31,947 nt of DNA, taken from the IMG/VR virus record IMGVR_UViG_3300006863_000008, positions 1 through 31,947 of that record; one strand, 5' to 3'. The position numbers were made by a program, and so were the translations under genes. The stretch comes from a virus (Duplodnaviria > Caudoviricetes). Numbering within the stretch: the first letter of the stretch is position 1; each line of letters opens with the position of its first letter. The notes beneath the pieces are model-generated. The model searched no databases, was not told the DNA's origin, and saw nothing but the letters and a program-made list of their open reading frames with translations. Shown piece after piece: positions 13,709 through 23,643 of the stretch.

Positions 13709-15832
13709 ATGGCTTCCTACCAAGCACAAGACGATAACGCCGATTCTCGGATCAACGATGCCATCACATTCTGGCGGCTAGTTAACGACTCGGACTCCAT
13801 GAACCGAGCAGAGGCGCTGCAAGACGTTAAGTTTGCCGCAGGCGATCAATGGCCGGTCGATATTCAAAACTCCCGCAACGTGGAAGCCAGACCTTGCCTG
13901 ACCATCAACAAGATTGATGCCTACATCCGTCAGGTTACTAACCAGCAAAGGATGCAGCGCCCCAGGATCAAAGTCCATCCTGTAAATAACCTTGCTGATT
14001 ACAAGATCGCCCAAGTCATTGAAGGCATCACCCGACATATTGAGGTCAACTCCAACGCCGACACCGCTTATGACACAGCATTTGACTATGCTGTACGCAT
14101 GGGTTGGGGCTTCTGGAGGATCAATACCCGTTATGTTTCGGACGATTCCTTTGACCAAGAAATCTTTATTGACACGATTGATAACCCGTTCACGGTCTAT
14201 TTTGACCCCAACTCCATCCTGCCGGACGGGTCTGATGCCGAGCGATGCCTAATTACTACCGTTCTGGACAAGAAAGTCTTTCGCCAGCAATATCCAGGAG
14301 CAAATGACGGGGCTTCCTTTATGCAAAGAAGCACCGGAGATGACACCGCATCCTGGGTGACAAAAGAGGATATTCGCCTTGCCGAATATTTCTACATGGA
14401 ACGTGAAAGGGCGAAACTCTACCTTCTTAGCGATGGCTCGAAACACTTTGCCGACTCCGACACTTTCTTTGAAAGGGTAGAGGCCGCTGGTTTAACCGTA
14501 GTGGATGAACGTGACACCTTCCGAAAATCCGTCAAATGGTGCAAGATGACCGCTATGGAAGTCCTGGAGGAGCGCACTCTTCCCGGCAAATGGATTCCCG
14601 TTGTTCCCTGCTATGGCGCTCAAGTCATTGTGGATGACAAGCGCAAGAAATATGGTCTGGTCAGGTTCGCAAAAGACCCCCAGAGGATGTACAACTTCTG
14701 GCGTACTTCCATGACCGAATCGGTCGCCTTGGCTCCCAAAGCCAAATGGCTGCTTGCCGAAGGTCAGGACGAAGGGCATGAAAATGAGTGGGCGCTTGCT
14801 AATATCAAGTCTAGCCCTGTTCTGAGATACAAACAGAAAGACATTGAAGGTCAACCCGCCCCAGTGCCGCAGCGCCTTCAACCGGAACCGCCTCCGCAAG
14901 GCATTATGGAAGCCGCAGGCGCTATCTCAGCCGACCTGCAAATGGTTCTGGGCATCATGGACCCCAACCAACTCCCGTCTGGGAATATCTCTGGGAAGGC
15001 GTTGGCTGGTCAACAGAATCAGGTTGACCTGTCAAACTTCCACTTCTACGACAACATGACTCGGTCTATCCGTCACACCGGAAAGATTATTCTGGACCTG
15101 ATCCCGAAGATTTACGACACCCAACGGGTTATGCGAATCATTGGGGCTGATGGTCAGCCTGACTTGGTCACAATCAACGAGCAAAGCGCCATTGGTGAGG
15201 TGCTGAATAACGTCACTGTGGGCGAATATGACGTGGTAATGGATACCGGTCCTGGCTTCCAATCTAAGCGCCAGCAAGCCGTTGACTCCATGATGCCGTT
15301 GCTCACAGGTAATCAGGAACTCTTTAACATCGCTGGTGACTTGGTATTCCGAAACATGGACTTCCCTGGCGCAGACGTCATTGCAGACCGCCTTGCCGCC
15401 ATGAACCCAATGGCTCAGATTGACGAAAAGTCCGATATTCCTCCCCAAGTTCAAATGGAATTGGCACTTGCCAAGAAGCAATTGGAAGAAATGGGACAGC
15501 AGTTACAGGCGGCTCAGTTGGAGATCAACAACCGCATGGAAGTTGCCAAAATCAAGGAAGAAGGCGAAACCAAGCGAAAACTCATGGACGTTACTGCCAG
15601 GGCGCACAACACCGAAACCATTGCAGAGGTCAAGGTCAACGACCAAAACACTCGGGCCATCACAAGCCAGAACAAGACCGAGATCGAAGCTATTGTTGAA
15701 TTACTGTTGCACCACATGGATACCGGCCGCTTGTTGGCAGAGATTGAAAAGCGCAACGCAGAACAAGCTGCTTATGCCTCTTTTGCCGCGCAAGACATTT
15801 CAAGCGGGGCTAACCCACTAATCCAGCAATAG
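13709..15832 (+). CDS. P22-like portal protein with C-terminal coiled-coil barrel
   Basis: GDQW, RPCLTINK, KDPQRMYN, SGKA, GEYDV.MDTGP.F.SKRQ; ATG 13709 after AAAGGGG. Confidence 0.95.
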   Translation: MASYQAQDDNADSRINDAITFWRLVNDSDSMNRAEALQDVKFAAGDQWPVDIQNSRNVEARPCLTINKIDAYIRQVTNQQRMQRPRIKVHPVNNLADYKIAQVIEGITRHIEVNSNADTAYDTAFDYAVRMGWGFWRINTRYVSDDSFDQEIFIDTIDNPFTVYFDPNSILPDGSDAERCLITTVLDKKVFRQQYPGANDGASFMQRSTGDDTASWVTKEDIRLAEYFYMERERAKLYLLSDGSKHFADSDTFFERVEAAGLTVVDERDTFRKSVKWCKMTAMEVLEERTLPGKWIPVVPCYGAQVIVDDKRKKYGLVRFAKDPQRMYNFWRTSMTESVALAPKAKWLLAEGQDEGHENEWALANIKSSPVLRYKQKDIEGQPAPVPQRLQPEPPPQGIMEAAGAISADLQMVLGIMDPNQLPSGNISGKALAGQQNQVDLSNFHFYDNMTRSIRHTGKIILDLIPKIYDTQRVMRIIGADGQPDLVTINEQSAIGEVLNNVTVGEYDVVMDTGPGFQSKRQQAVDSMMPLLTGNQELFNIAGDLVFRNMDFPGADVIADRLAAMNPMAQIDEKSDIPPQVQMELALAKKQLEEMGQQLQAAQLEINNRMEVAKIKEEGETKRKLMDVTARAHNTETIAEVKVNDQNTRAITSQNKTEIEAIVELLLHHMDTGRLLAEIEKRNAEQAAYASFAAQDISSGANPLIQQ

Positions 15833-15833
15833 A

Positions 15834-15862
15834 TTGACGGTTTAATAATTTAGGGTTATATT
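15834..15862 (+). promoter_or_regulatory. promoter for scaffold and coat genes
   Basis: TTGACG-N17-TATATT. Confidence 0.7.
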
Positions 15863-15912
15863 GCCCAAAACCTTACCTGTGAGGTTCACAGGGTTAATTC
15901 TTGGAGAAATCC

Positions 15913-16818
15913 ATGTCCGAAGTTCAGGAAGCGCCACAAACGCAACCTAGAGTAGCCGCAAGTGTGGTTACAAGTGAAAATTTAGCTGAATTTGCTGCTC
16001 AGAAACTGGGTTTAGCTGATAAATCTCCCGCCGAGGCTGTTCAATCAGAGCCGGTGGTCGAGGAAACGCAGAGTGAACCTGTCGAAGCGGTTGAGGAAGC
16101 GACAGCAGTAGAGGAGAAAAAACAGAATCCCAAGCTGGAGAAAAGGTTTTCAGACCTCACCAAGCAACGAGAGGCCGCTAGGCAGGAAGCCCAGCGTGAA
16201 CGCGAAGCTAGGGAAGCGATTGAAGCCGAGTTACGGTCACTCAAAGCCCAAAGCGCACCAGCGCCCAAAGACAATGAGGAACCAAAACCTGAGCAATTCT
16301 CGGATATGTACGAGTACCAGCAGGCGCTTGTAGATTACCGGGTGGATCAGCGGTTGAATGAGGAAAGAGTAAGGGCAGAGCAGGCAAGACAGGAAGCCCA
16401 GCGGCAACAGGTAATCAATACCTGGGCAAAGCGGGTGGAATCTGCCAAGTCTGAAATGCCTGATTTCGAGGCAATGGTCAGTTCCGCAGATGTTAGCGTC
16501 AGCAACGAAGTGCGGGATGCAATCTTTGAATCAGAAGTCGGCCCTCGGATTCTCTACCATCTGGCAGAGAACCCAGAAATCGCTGAGAAGTTGCAAGGCA
16601 TGACAGTAACCAGAGCCTTAGCCACTATTGGGAAGCTGGAGGCGCAATTTGAAGCACCTCAGACCAAGCCTACTGTTGGGAAAAGTAAAGCACCAGCGCC
16701 GATTAACCCTATCAAAGCCTCTGCAAACGGGCCTGTAACCGAACTGGACTCCAACCGGCAGTTCCACGGAAGTTATCAAGCCTGGAAAGCGGCAAGATTG
16801 GCAGGGCGAATCCGCTAA
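15913..16818 (+). CDS. scaffolding protein
   Basis: Between portal and coat; acidic N-terminus, coiled coil KRFSDLTKQREAAR, GPRILYHLAENP, basic C-terminus; SD GGAG. Confidence 0.88.
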   Translation: MSEVQEAPQTQPRVAASVVTSENLAEFAAQKLGLADKSPAEAVQSEPVVEETQSEPVEAVEEATAVEEKKQNPKLEKRFSDLTKQREAARQEAQREREAREAIEAELRSLKAQSAPAPKDNEEPKPEQFSDMYEYQQALVDYRVDQRLNEERVRAEQARQEAQRQQVINTWAKRVESAKSEMPDFEAMVSSADVSVSNEVRDAIFESEVGPRILYHLAENPEIAEKLQGMTVTRALATIGKLEAQFEAPQTKPTVGKSKAPAPINPIKASANGPVTELDSNRQFHGSYQAWKAARLAGRIR

Positions 16819-16841
16819 TCCAACCCTTTTAAGGAAATGAA

Positions 16842-18086
16842 ATGAGTAACAATCTACTTACGATTTCCATGATCACCAACGAAGCGTTGATGGTTCTGGA
16901 AAATGAATTGACCTTCTCCTCGGAGGTTGACCGCAACTATGACGATCAGTTCGCCGTTACCGGCGCGAAGATTGGCGCAACCCTTAATGTTCGCCGTCCT
17001 GGTCGCTTCATTGGTACTACCGGCCCCGCGCTGAATGTTGAAGATTTCAACGAAACCAGCGTACCCGTGACTCTGAGTACTCAATTCCACGTTGACACCC
17101 AGTTCACCACCCAGGACTTGGCTCTGTCGCTGGATATGTTCTCGGATCGCGTGTTGAAGCCGGGTATTGCCGCTATCGCCAACAAGATCGACTTTGACGG
17201 TCTGACTATGGCTAAAAACAGCACCGCCAACATTGTTGGTACTGCTGGCACTCCCCCATCCTCGCTGTTGACCTATCTGAACGCAGGCGCATACCTGGAT
17301 TCCGAAGGCGCTCCGCGTGATGGTCGCCGTAGCTGCATTGTTGAGCCTTTCACCGGCGCAACCATTGTGGACAGCTTGAAAGGTCTGTTCGTTCCCTCTG
17401 ACCGTATTGGTATGCAATACGAAAAGGGCATGATGGGCCGTGATTCCGCTGGCATGAACTGGAAGATGGATCAGAACGTGGTGAATCAGACCTTTGGTTC
17501 CTACTCTGACACCCTGGCCACCAACACCACGACCTTTACTGGTTCGCTGACAACTGGCTGGGCATCCACCTCCACGATCACTCTGGTATCGTCTGCTGGT
17601 ACTGCCGCCCTCAAACAGGGTGACGTTATCCAGATTGCCGGTGTGTATGCCGTGAACCCCCAAAACCGTAGCGCCTACGGTTCTGGCAAGCTGCGTAACT
17701 TTGTTGTGACCGCAGATGTGACCGTGGCATCTGGCGCTGGTACTGCCGTGACCGTTTCTCCGGCCATCATTACCGCTGGTCAATTCCAGAACGTCACTGT
17801 TACCACCACCAGCACTACCGCTGTTGTGACCCCGTTCAACAAGACCGGTGCAGTCTCTCCGCAAAACATTGTGATGCACAAAAATGCTTTCACTTTGGCT
17901 ACGGCTGACCTGGAAATGCCTGACGGTGTTCACTTTGCTGGCCGTGCCTCTGACAAAGACCTTGGTCTGTCATTGCGCGTGGTTCGTCAATACACCATCA
18001 ATAACGACAGTATTCCTACCCGTATTGATGTGCTGTATGGATGGGCGCCGCTTTATCCCGAATTGGCTTGCCGCGTTGCAGCTTAA
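16842..18086 (+). CDS. major capsid protein (P22 gp5-like)
   Basis: KIGATLNVRRP, LKQGDV.QIAGV.AVNP insertion domain, RIDVLYGW; strong codon bias. Confidence 0.95.
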   Translation: MSNNLLTISMITNEALMVLENELTFSSEVDRNYDDQFAVTGAKIGATLNVRRPGRFIGTTGPALNVEDFNETSVPVTLSTQFHVDTQFTTQDLALSLDMFSDRVLKPGIAAIANKIDFDGLTMAKNSTANIVGTAGTPPSSLLTYLNAGAYLDSEGAPRDGRRSCIVEPFTGATIVDSLKGLFVPSDRIGMQYEKGMMGRDSAGMNWKMDQNVVNQTFGSYSDTLATNTTTFTGSLTTGWASTSTITLVSSAGTAALKQGDVIQIAGVYAVNPQNRSAYGSGKLRNFVVTADVTVASGAGTAVTVSPAIITAGQFQNVTVTTTSTTAVVTPFNKTGAVSPQNIVMHKNAFTLATADLEMPDGVHFAGRASDKDLGLSLRVVRQYTINNDSIPTRIDVLYGWAPLYPELACRVAA

Positions 18087-18100
18087 TTCTGATGTAAGCA

Positions 18101-18134
18101 AAAAAGGCCACTCTCGCAAGGGGGTGGCTTTTTT
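18101..18134 (+). terminator. intrinsic terminator after the coat gene (probably bidirectional)
   Basis: A-tract-GCCACTCTC-GCAA-GGGGGTGGC-TTTTTT; GNRA loop. Confidence 0.9.
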
Positions 18135-18180
18135 CATGGTTAAGCCTATAATTTCAAATCATCTCCAATAAGGTCAAAAC

Positions 18181-21100
18181 ATGGCTGTAAATCTTTCACC
18201 TTTTGGCGGGGTTGCTACCCAGTTCTTTGATAACAACGGCATCATCCTTGCTGGTGGAAAAATCTACACCTATGCTGCCGGAACCTCTGCCCCCCAATCA
18301 ACCTATACAGATTCCACCGGAAGCATTGCTCACAGTAACCCAATCATTTTGGACTCTGCTGGGCGCGTTCCAACCGGGGAAATCTGGATTACTGACGGGC
18401 TATCCTACAAGTTTGTTCTCCAAACCAGCGCCGGAGTACAGATTGCTTCTTACGACAACATCTTCAATCCCATCTTTGCAAGTGATGCCGCTAACGTAAC
18501 TTACACAGCACCTTACACGGGAGCCGTTCAAACAACGGTAGAAGATAAGCTGGCGCAAACTGTTAGCGTTAAGGATTTTGGCGCTATTGGAGATGGTGTA
18601 ACAGACGATACTGCCGCCATTCAAGCCGCAATTGATGCTTTGTCAGACATTGGTGAAGGCGGTACGGTCTTGTTGCCTGCCGGAACATACAAAATCACCG
18701 ATAACATCAACATTACATGGCCAAACTCTACTAACCAAAATGAGCCTCCACGAATCACTTTGCGTGGCGAGGGCGCTGATCTGTCTTATATCTACGATTA
18801 TCGAAATAACACAATCGCCGCAACCAACGGCGCTATTACCGTAGATTTCAGCAGCGGATATGACAATAAGTTTCTGACCATGTATTTTGGTGGGTTTAGC
18901 CTCATTAAAAAGGTAAACGCAACCACCTATATAAGCGGCTCTTACACAATCGGAACTGGAACCGGCTTATATTTAAATACAGTTCCCGCTGTTGGTGAAA
19001 TCCAAGATATTCGCATTATTGGTTACGAAACCGGCATTGTTGCCCAAGATTGCTTAGGGCTGACTTATCGCAATCTCAATATTCAGCTTGCCGATATAGG
19101 CGTTTTGGCCGCTTATGTTTCTGTCAGCGAACCTACGGCCACCCAGTTCAATAACTGTACCCTTGCAGGCATCAGGACGCTTGGATACCTTATCAATGGC
19201 GGTGGATTGATCTCTATCAATGGCGGCGTTATAGAGAACGTGGGCGTTATTTCAGGAGCAAGCCAACCCATTTCTGGTGGTGTGTTCTATGCCGCATCGA
19301 CATTCCTTGCAACGCAACTAATTGTTAATGGTGTGTGGTTTGAGGGTAATGCAGGTGACGCTGATGTTTACATCAATGTGGCCAGCGGCACAGCAGCCAG
19401 GGCAACCAGCAGCATCAATAACTGTATGTTTGCCCGTAATAGCGCAACGCTTTACACTAATAACAACATTTTTGTATCAAATAACGAATCTACCGCCACA
19501 ATTAGTGTCAACACCATAGGCAATGGCTTTAAGGGTTATTCGCCTTATAGCGCATCATCTGGTCGCAAATACATTGACAAAGACGGTGCTGGAACCACAA
19601 CCATTTATGGACTTGGCAATTTCTACAACGACTCATTAGAAGTCCCAACCGCAGTAACGGAAATCACCGGAGGCGGCGGCGGTTCTCAAGACCTACAAAG
19701 TGTTACCACAATCGGCTCCACAACTACCGTTAACTCTAATTTCAATGGCGCAAACATTGGAACCTTTAGCGGTATTCCTGCTGTTACCTCAACCGGAACA
19801 ACTGTTGGGCTAGGTAATTCCACTAATGCGGTTGCCCTAGATGTCGCTGTTTGGCGTGGATCAGGCAACAACACCAATGATCTTGGTTCTCCAAGCTATC
19901 ATTGGAATAACGTCTATGGCACAACTTACAACGTGGGTAGTGGGTCTGCCAGCATTACAGCATCGGGCAACAATCTTGTTCTTAATGGAATTACTGCGGT
20001 TATTCCGGCAACAGGATTTGGCCCATCAACAACTGACACTTACTATCTTGGTGGTTCTTCGCTTACTTGGAAGGGTTTGTATCTCGGAACCGGAAACCTC
20101 ACTTGGAATGGCTATGCCATTGCGCCCCCATCTGGCTCTACAACAACATTTCTGCGAAATGACGGAACATGGGTAACTCCAAGCGGATCGGGTCTTGGAA
20201 CCGTGACCAGCATAACTGCTGGAACAGGGCTTACTGGTGGAACAATCACCAGTTCCGGAACGATTGCTCTTGATCTTGGAAGCGCAAATACATGGACTGC
20301 CCTTCAAACATTCAATGGTGAAATTCAAACCAATTCGGTTGGAACCGTAAGCGGCACTGGAATTGCTCCAATAACCAACAACACTTATTATTGTGGCGGC
20401 GCTGCTTTACGTTGGGCAAATATGTACACTGTTGCTCTTAACGCAACAGGAGCGTTCACATGGAACAGCTACGCAATTTCTGCCCCGGCAGGCTCTACAA
20501 GCACATTCCTACGCAATGACGGTACTTGGGCGACACCTACCGCTGGGTCGCTTGCAAACTCCGTAACCTTTAACAATAGTGGCTCTGGTGGAGGTTCTGG
20601 TAGCACCTTTAACGGTTCTTCTGCGCTTACTGTTAGCTATAACACTATTGGCGCTCCTAGTACCTCTGGCTCTGGCGCATCAGGAACATGGGGCATTAGC
20701 GTTTCTGGGACATCTCAAGGTTTAAGCGGAAGCCCAAGCATTACAGTTTCCGGCATGACAGTTGGCGCGGCAACTAACGCTGTTACCAACTCTGGCAGCA
20801 ATACATTGCTTGGCAACAATACTGTATTTGTTAGCCCAGGAACAGGATTTGCTCCTTCAACGGATAATGCTTATGTGTTGGGCGCTCCATCATTCCGCTG
20901 GACTACTGTTTACGCCACCACAGGAACGATCAATACTTCTGACCTACGTCAAAAGCAAGACATTGCTGACCTGGACGCAGCAGAAAAAGCTGTTGCTTTA
21001 GTCATCAAATCAAAGATCAAAAAGTTTCGATTCAAAGATGCCGTGGCAGACAAGGGTGATGCGGCCCGTATCCATATTGGTGTAATTGCTCAGGAAGTAG

Positions 21101-21246
21101 AGATGGCTTTTAGAGATAATGGCTTAGACCCCAATAAATATGGCATTTTCTGCTATGACGAATGGACAGACTCCAATGGAGAGCAACACACCAGATATGG
21201 TGTTCGCTACGAGGAACTTCTGGCCTTTGTAATTGCCGCAATTTAA
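18181..21246 (+). CDS. tailspike/depolymerase: virion-binding N-domain, pectate-lyase-like beta-helix, fibre repeats, C-terminal intramolecular chaperone (S74)
   Basis: NPIILDSAGR N-domain; VSVKDFGAIGDGVTDDTAAIQAAID; GTINTS-DLRQKQDI cleavage motif; HIGVIAQEV; YGVRYEEL. Confidence 0.9.
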   Translation: MAVNLSPFGGVATQFFDNNGIILAGGKIYTYAAGTSAPQSTYTDSTGSIAHSNPIILDSAGRVPTGEIWITDGLSYKFVLQTSAGVQIASYDNIFNPIFASDAANVTYTAPYTGAVQTTVEDKLAQTVSVKDFGAIGDGVTDDTAAIQAAIDALSDIGEGGTVLLPAGTYKITDNINITWPNSTNQNEPPRITLRGEGADLSYIYDYRNNTIAATNGAITVDFSSGYDNKFLTMYFGGFSLIKKVNATTYISGSYTIGTGTGLYLNTVPAVGEIQDIRIIGYETGIVAQDCLGLTYRNLNIQLADIGVLAAYVSVSEPTATQFNNCTLAGIRTLGYLINGGGLISINGGVIENVGVISGASQPISGGVFYAASTFLATQLIVNGVWFEGNAGDADVYINVASGTAARATSSINNCMFARNSATLYTNNNIFVSNNESTATISVNTIGNGFKGYSPYSASSGRKYIDKDGAGTTTIYGLGNFYNDSLEVPTAVTEITGGGGGSQDLQSVTTIGSTTTVNSNFNGANIGTFSGIPAVTSTGTTVGLGNSTNAVALDVAVWRGSGNNTNDLGSPSYHWNNVYGTTYNVGSGSASITASGNNLVLNGITAVIPATGFGPSTTDTYYLGGSSLTWKGLYLGTGNLTWNGYAIAPPSGSTTTFLRNDGTWVTPSGSGLGTVTSITAGTGLTGGTITSSGTIALDLGSANTWTALQTFNGEIQTNSVGTVSGTGIAPITNNTYYCGGAALRWANMYTVALNATGAFTWNSYAISAPAGSTSTFLRNDGTWATPTAGSLANSVTFNNSGSGGGSGSTFNGSSALTVSYNTIGAPSTSGSGASGTWGISVSGTSQGLSGSPSITVSGMTVGAATNAVTNSGSNTLLGNNTVFVSPGTGFAPSTDNAYVLGAPSFRWTTVYATTGTINTSDLRQKQDIADLDAAEKAVALVIKSKIKKFRFKDAVADKGDAARIHIGVIAQEVEMAFRDNGLDPNKYGIFCYDEWTDSNGEQHTRYGVRYEELLAFVIAAI
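20101..20538 (+). repeat. two-copy 27-aa repeat in the tailspike (20101-20181 and 20458-20538)
   Basis: TWNGYAIAPPSGSTTTFLRNDGTWVTP vs TWNSYAISAPAGSTSTFLRNDGTWATP. Confidence 0.9.
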
Positions 21247-21255
21247 GGAAAAATT

Positions 21256-23634
21256 ATGGCTGACGTAAAAATTTCGCAATTACCAGCAGCAACAACCCCG
21301 CTATCTGGAACGGAGGCGGTTCCGATTGTTCAAGGCGGCGTTACCAAACAAGTTGCGGTTAGCGACATTAGTAGCGGTGTTACCGATGTCACAGCAACTG
21401 CCCCGGTGGTTTCTTCTGGTGGCGCAACCCCAGACATCTCAATGCCTGCTGCTGATGGTTCAACAGATGGTTATTTGAGCAGCACCGACTGGAATACCTT
21501 TAACAACAAACAGCCAGCAGGGTCTTATTTAACCAATGGTGGAGCTTTAGGCACTCCATCTAGCGGCACGGCCACAAACATAACAGGATTGCCCTTAACC
21601 ACCGGCGTAACGGGCGTTTTGCCGGTTGCAAATGGTGGTAGCGGAACCTCGACACCTTCATTGGTAGCCGGTACAAATGTCACAATTTCTGGAACATGGC
21701 CAAACCAGACCATCAATTCTTCGGGCGGCGGTGGAAGCATGGTTTACCCCGGCGCAGGGATTGCCAATTCCACCGGGTCAGCCTGGGGCACAAGCTATTC
21801 AACTACTGGAACGGGCAATGTAGTCCTATCAACTAACCCTGTAATGACAACCCCAAATTTGGGGACTCCAAGCGCGGCAACCCTAACCAATGCTACGGGT
21901 TTACCCTTATCAACAGGGGTGACGGGTGTTCTTGCTATTGCCAACGGAGGAAGTGGAACCACAACCCCATCGTTGGTGGCTGGAACCAACGTCACAATTA
22001 GCGGAACATGGCCAAATCAAACGATTAACGCTTCTAGTGGGGGCGGCGGTGGAGATGTTACAGGCCCAGCCTCTGCAACAGACAACGCAATTACCCGTTT
22101 TGATTCAACTACTGGAAAATTGATTCAAAACTCTACTGTCTTAATTGACGATAGTGGCAACATTACTCAGCCTTTGTCGGTTGAAATGAGTGATGGTTCT
22201 GCGGTAACTGTTTCAGCAGGAAAACTCTGGTACAACGGGACAAATGGTTCATGGAATTTGGGGATGGGTGGTGGAAACATCACTCAGCAAGTTGGCGAAG
22301 AAATATATGTTTATGGCAAGGCTTCTTCTGCCATAAATGATTCGCCACTACAAATTATTTACCAAACAGGCGTTGTTGGTGCTTCTGGGGTTGTTACATT
22401 TGCCCCTACTGTTGCAGGCATAACAGATGGTAATTTAATTATTGGGGTAGCAACTGAAAACATTGCAACTAATGATTTTGGACGAATTACCTCTTATGGA
22501 ACGGTTCATGGGATTACAACAAACGGCACAGCGTTTGGGGAAACTTGGGCTGATGGTGATGTTATTTGGTACAACCCGGTAACAGGTAATCCCACTAATA
22601 TTAAGCCAACAGCCCCAAATGTAAAAGTTCAAATTGGTATTGTTATCAATGCCGGGCCGGGTGGTTCTGGTTCATTCCAGGTGGAAATCAGTCACGGGTC
22701 AGTTTTAGGAGGAACTGATAGCAATGTTGAATTAACCTCTCCAACTGGTGGCCAGCTACTAATTTATGATTCTTCTGTAAGTTACTGGAAAAACACCAAC
22801 CTTACTGCTGGAAGCGGCATTTCCGTCACGAATGGGACAGGAAGTGTCACTGTGGCAAATAGTGGTGTTTTGTCTGTAAGCGGCACAAGTCCAGTTGCCT
22901 CTAGCGGTGGTGCAACTCCGGCAATTAGTTTGTCAAGCGGATACGGTGACACTCAAAATCCTTACGCCAGCAAAACTGCAAACAATTTCTTGGCCGCGCC
23001 CGATGGATCGTCTGGTGTTCCAACCTTTCGGGCTATTGTTGCCGCTGACATTCCTACTCTAAATCAGAACACCACAGGCACAGCAAGCAATGTCACAGGC
23101 ACAGTTGCGGTTGCAAATGGCGGCACAGGCGCTACTACCGCATCAGACGCAAGAACAAACCTGGACGCGCAAGTTACCTTAGTGTCTGGTACGAACATTA
23201 AGACCATTAACAGCACATCCCTGTTAGGCTCTGGCGACATTGTTACAGGTGATGTCACGCTGACAGGCACTCAGACGCTCACTAACAAGACTGTCGAGGC
23301 AGGCACGTTCACTAATGGCTACACCGAAGAAACTGTTACAGCCAACACTTCCACTGCCTACACCATTGATCTTGCCAACGGTACGGTGCAAATCCTCACG
23401 CTGACGGGTAACTGCACCTATACCTTCCCAACCGCTACGGCAGGAAAGTCTTTCATGTTGCTGCAAAAGCAGGACGCTACAGGCTCACGCACAGTGACAT
23501 GGCCCTCCAGCGTCAAATGGCCTGGAAGCACAGCACCGACAATTACTGCCACGGCATCCAAGGGTGACAAATATGTGTTCACTGCTGATGGCACATATTG
23601 GTGGGGATCGACTGCTGGACAGAACTACCTGTAA
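21256..23634 (+). CDS. tail fibre/long fibre protein
   Basis: MADVKISQL N-domain, G/S/T-rich repeats (L.VANGG.G, TGTQTLTNKT), C-terminal QDATGSRTVTWP..VKWP domain. Confidence 0.85.
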   Translation: MADVKISQLPAATTPLSGTEAVPIVQGGVTKQVAVSDISSGVTDVTATAPVVSSGGATPDISMPAADGSTDGYLSSTDWNTFNNKQPAGSYLTNGGALGTPSSGTATNITGLPLTTGVTGVLPVANGGSGTSTPSLVAGTNVTISGTWPNQTINSSGGGGSMVYPGAGIANSTGSAWGTSYSTTGTGNVVLSTNPVMTTPNLGTPSAATLTNATGLPLSTGVTGVLAIANGGSGTTTPSLVAGTNVTISGTWPNQTINASSGGGGGDVTGPASATDNAITRFDSTTGKLIQNSTVLIDDSGNITQPLSVEMSDGSAVTVSAGKLWYNGTNGSWNLGMGGGNITQQVGEEIYVYGKASSAINDSPLQIIYQTGVVGASGVVTFAPTVAGITDGNLIIGVATENIATNDFGRITSYGTVHGITTNGTAFGETWADGDVIWYNPVTGNPTNIKPTAPNVKVQIGIVINAGPGGSGSFQVEISHGSVLGGTDSNVELTSPTGGQLLIYDSSVSYWKNTNLTAGSGISVTNGTGSVTVANSGVLSVSGTSPVASSGGATPAISLSSGYGDTQNPYASKTANNFLAAPDGSSGVPTFRAIVAADIPTLNQNTTGTASNVTGTVAVANGGTGATTASDARTNLDAQVTLVSGTNIKTINSTSLLGSGDIVTGDVTLTGTQTLTNKTVEAGTFTNGYTEETVTANTSTAYTIDLANGTVQILTLTGNCTYTFPTATAGKSFMLLQKQDATGSRTVTWPSSVKWPGSTAPTITATASKGDKYVFTADGTYWWGSTAGQNYL
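21547..22053 (+). repeat. two-copy ~63-aa intragenic repeat (21547-21735 and 21859-22053)
   Basis: LGTPS..T.TN.TGLPL.TGVTGVL..ANGGSGT.TPSLVAGTNVTISGTWPNQTIN.S.GGG in both copies. Confidence 0.9.
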
Positions 23635-23643
23635 GGAACACTA

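Noticed and set aside
16854-17933. 359-aa antisense ORF opposite the coat gene
   Set aside because: In register with the coat codons; explained by strong codon bias (few TTA/CTA/TCA); no SD or recognisable motifs
20101-23300. Repeats as a possible CRISPR array
   Set aside because: They are in-frame protein repeats with no regular identical-repeat/spacer pattern and no cas genes
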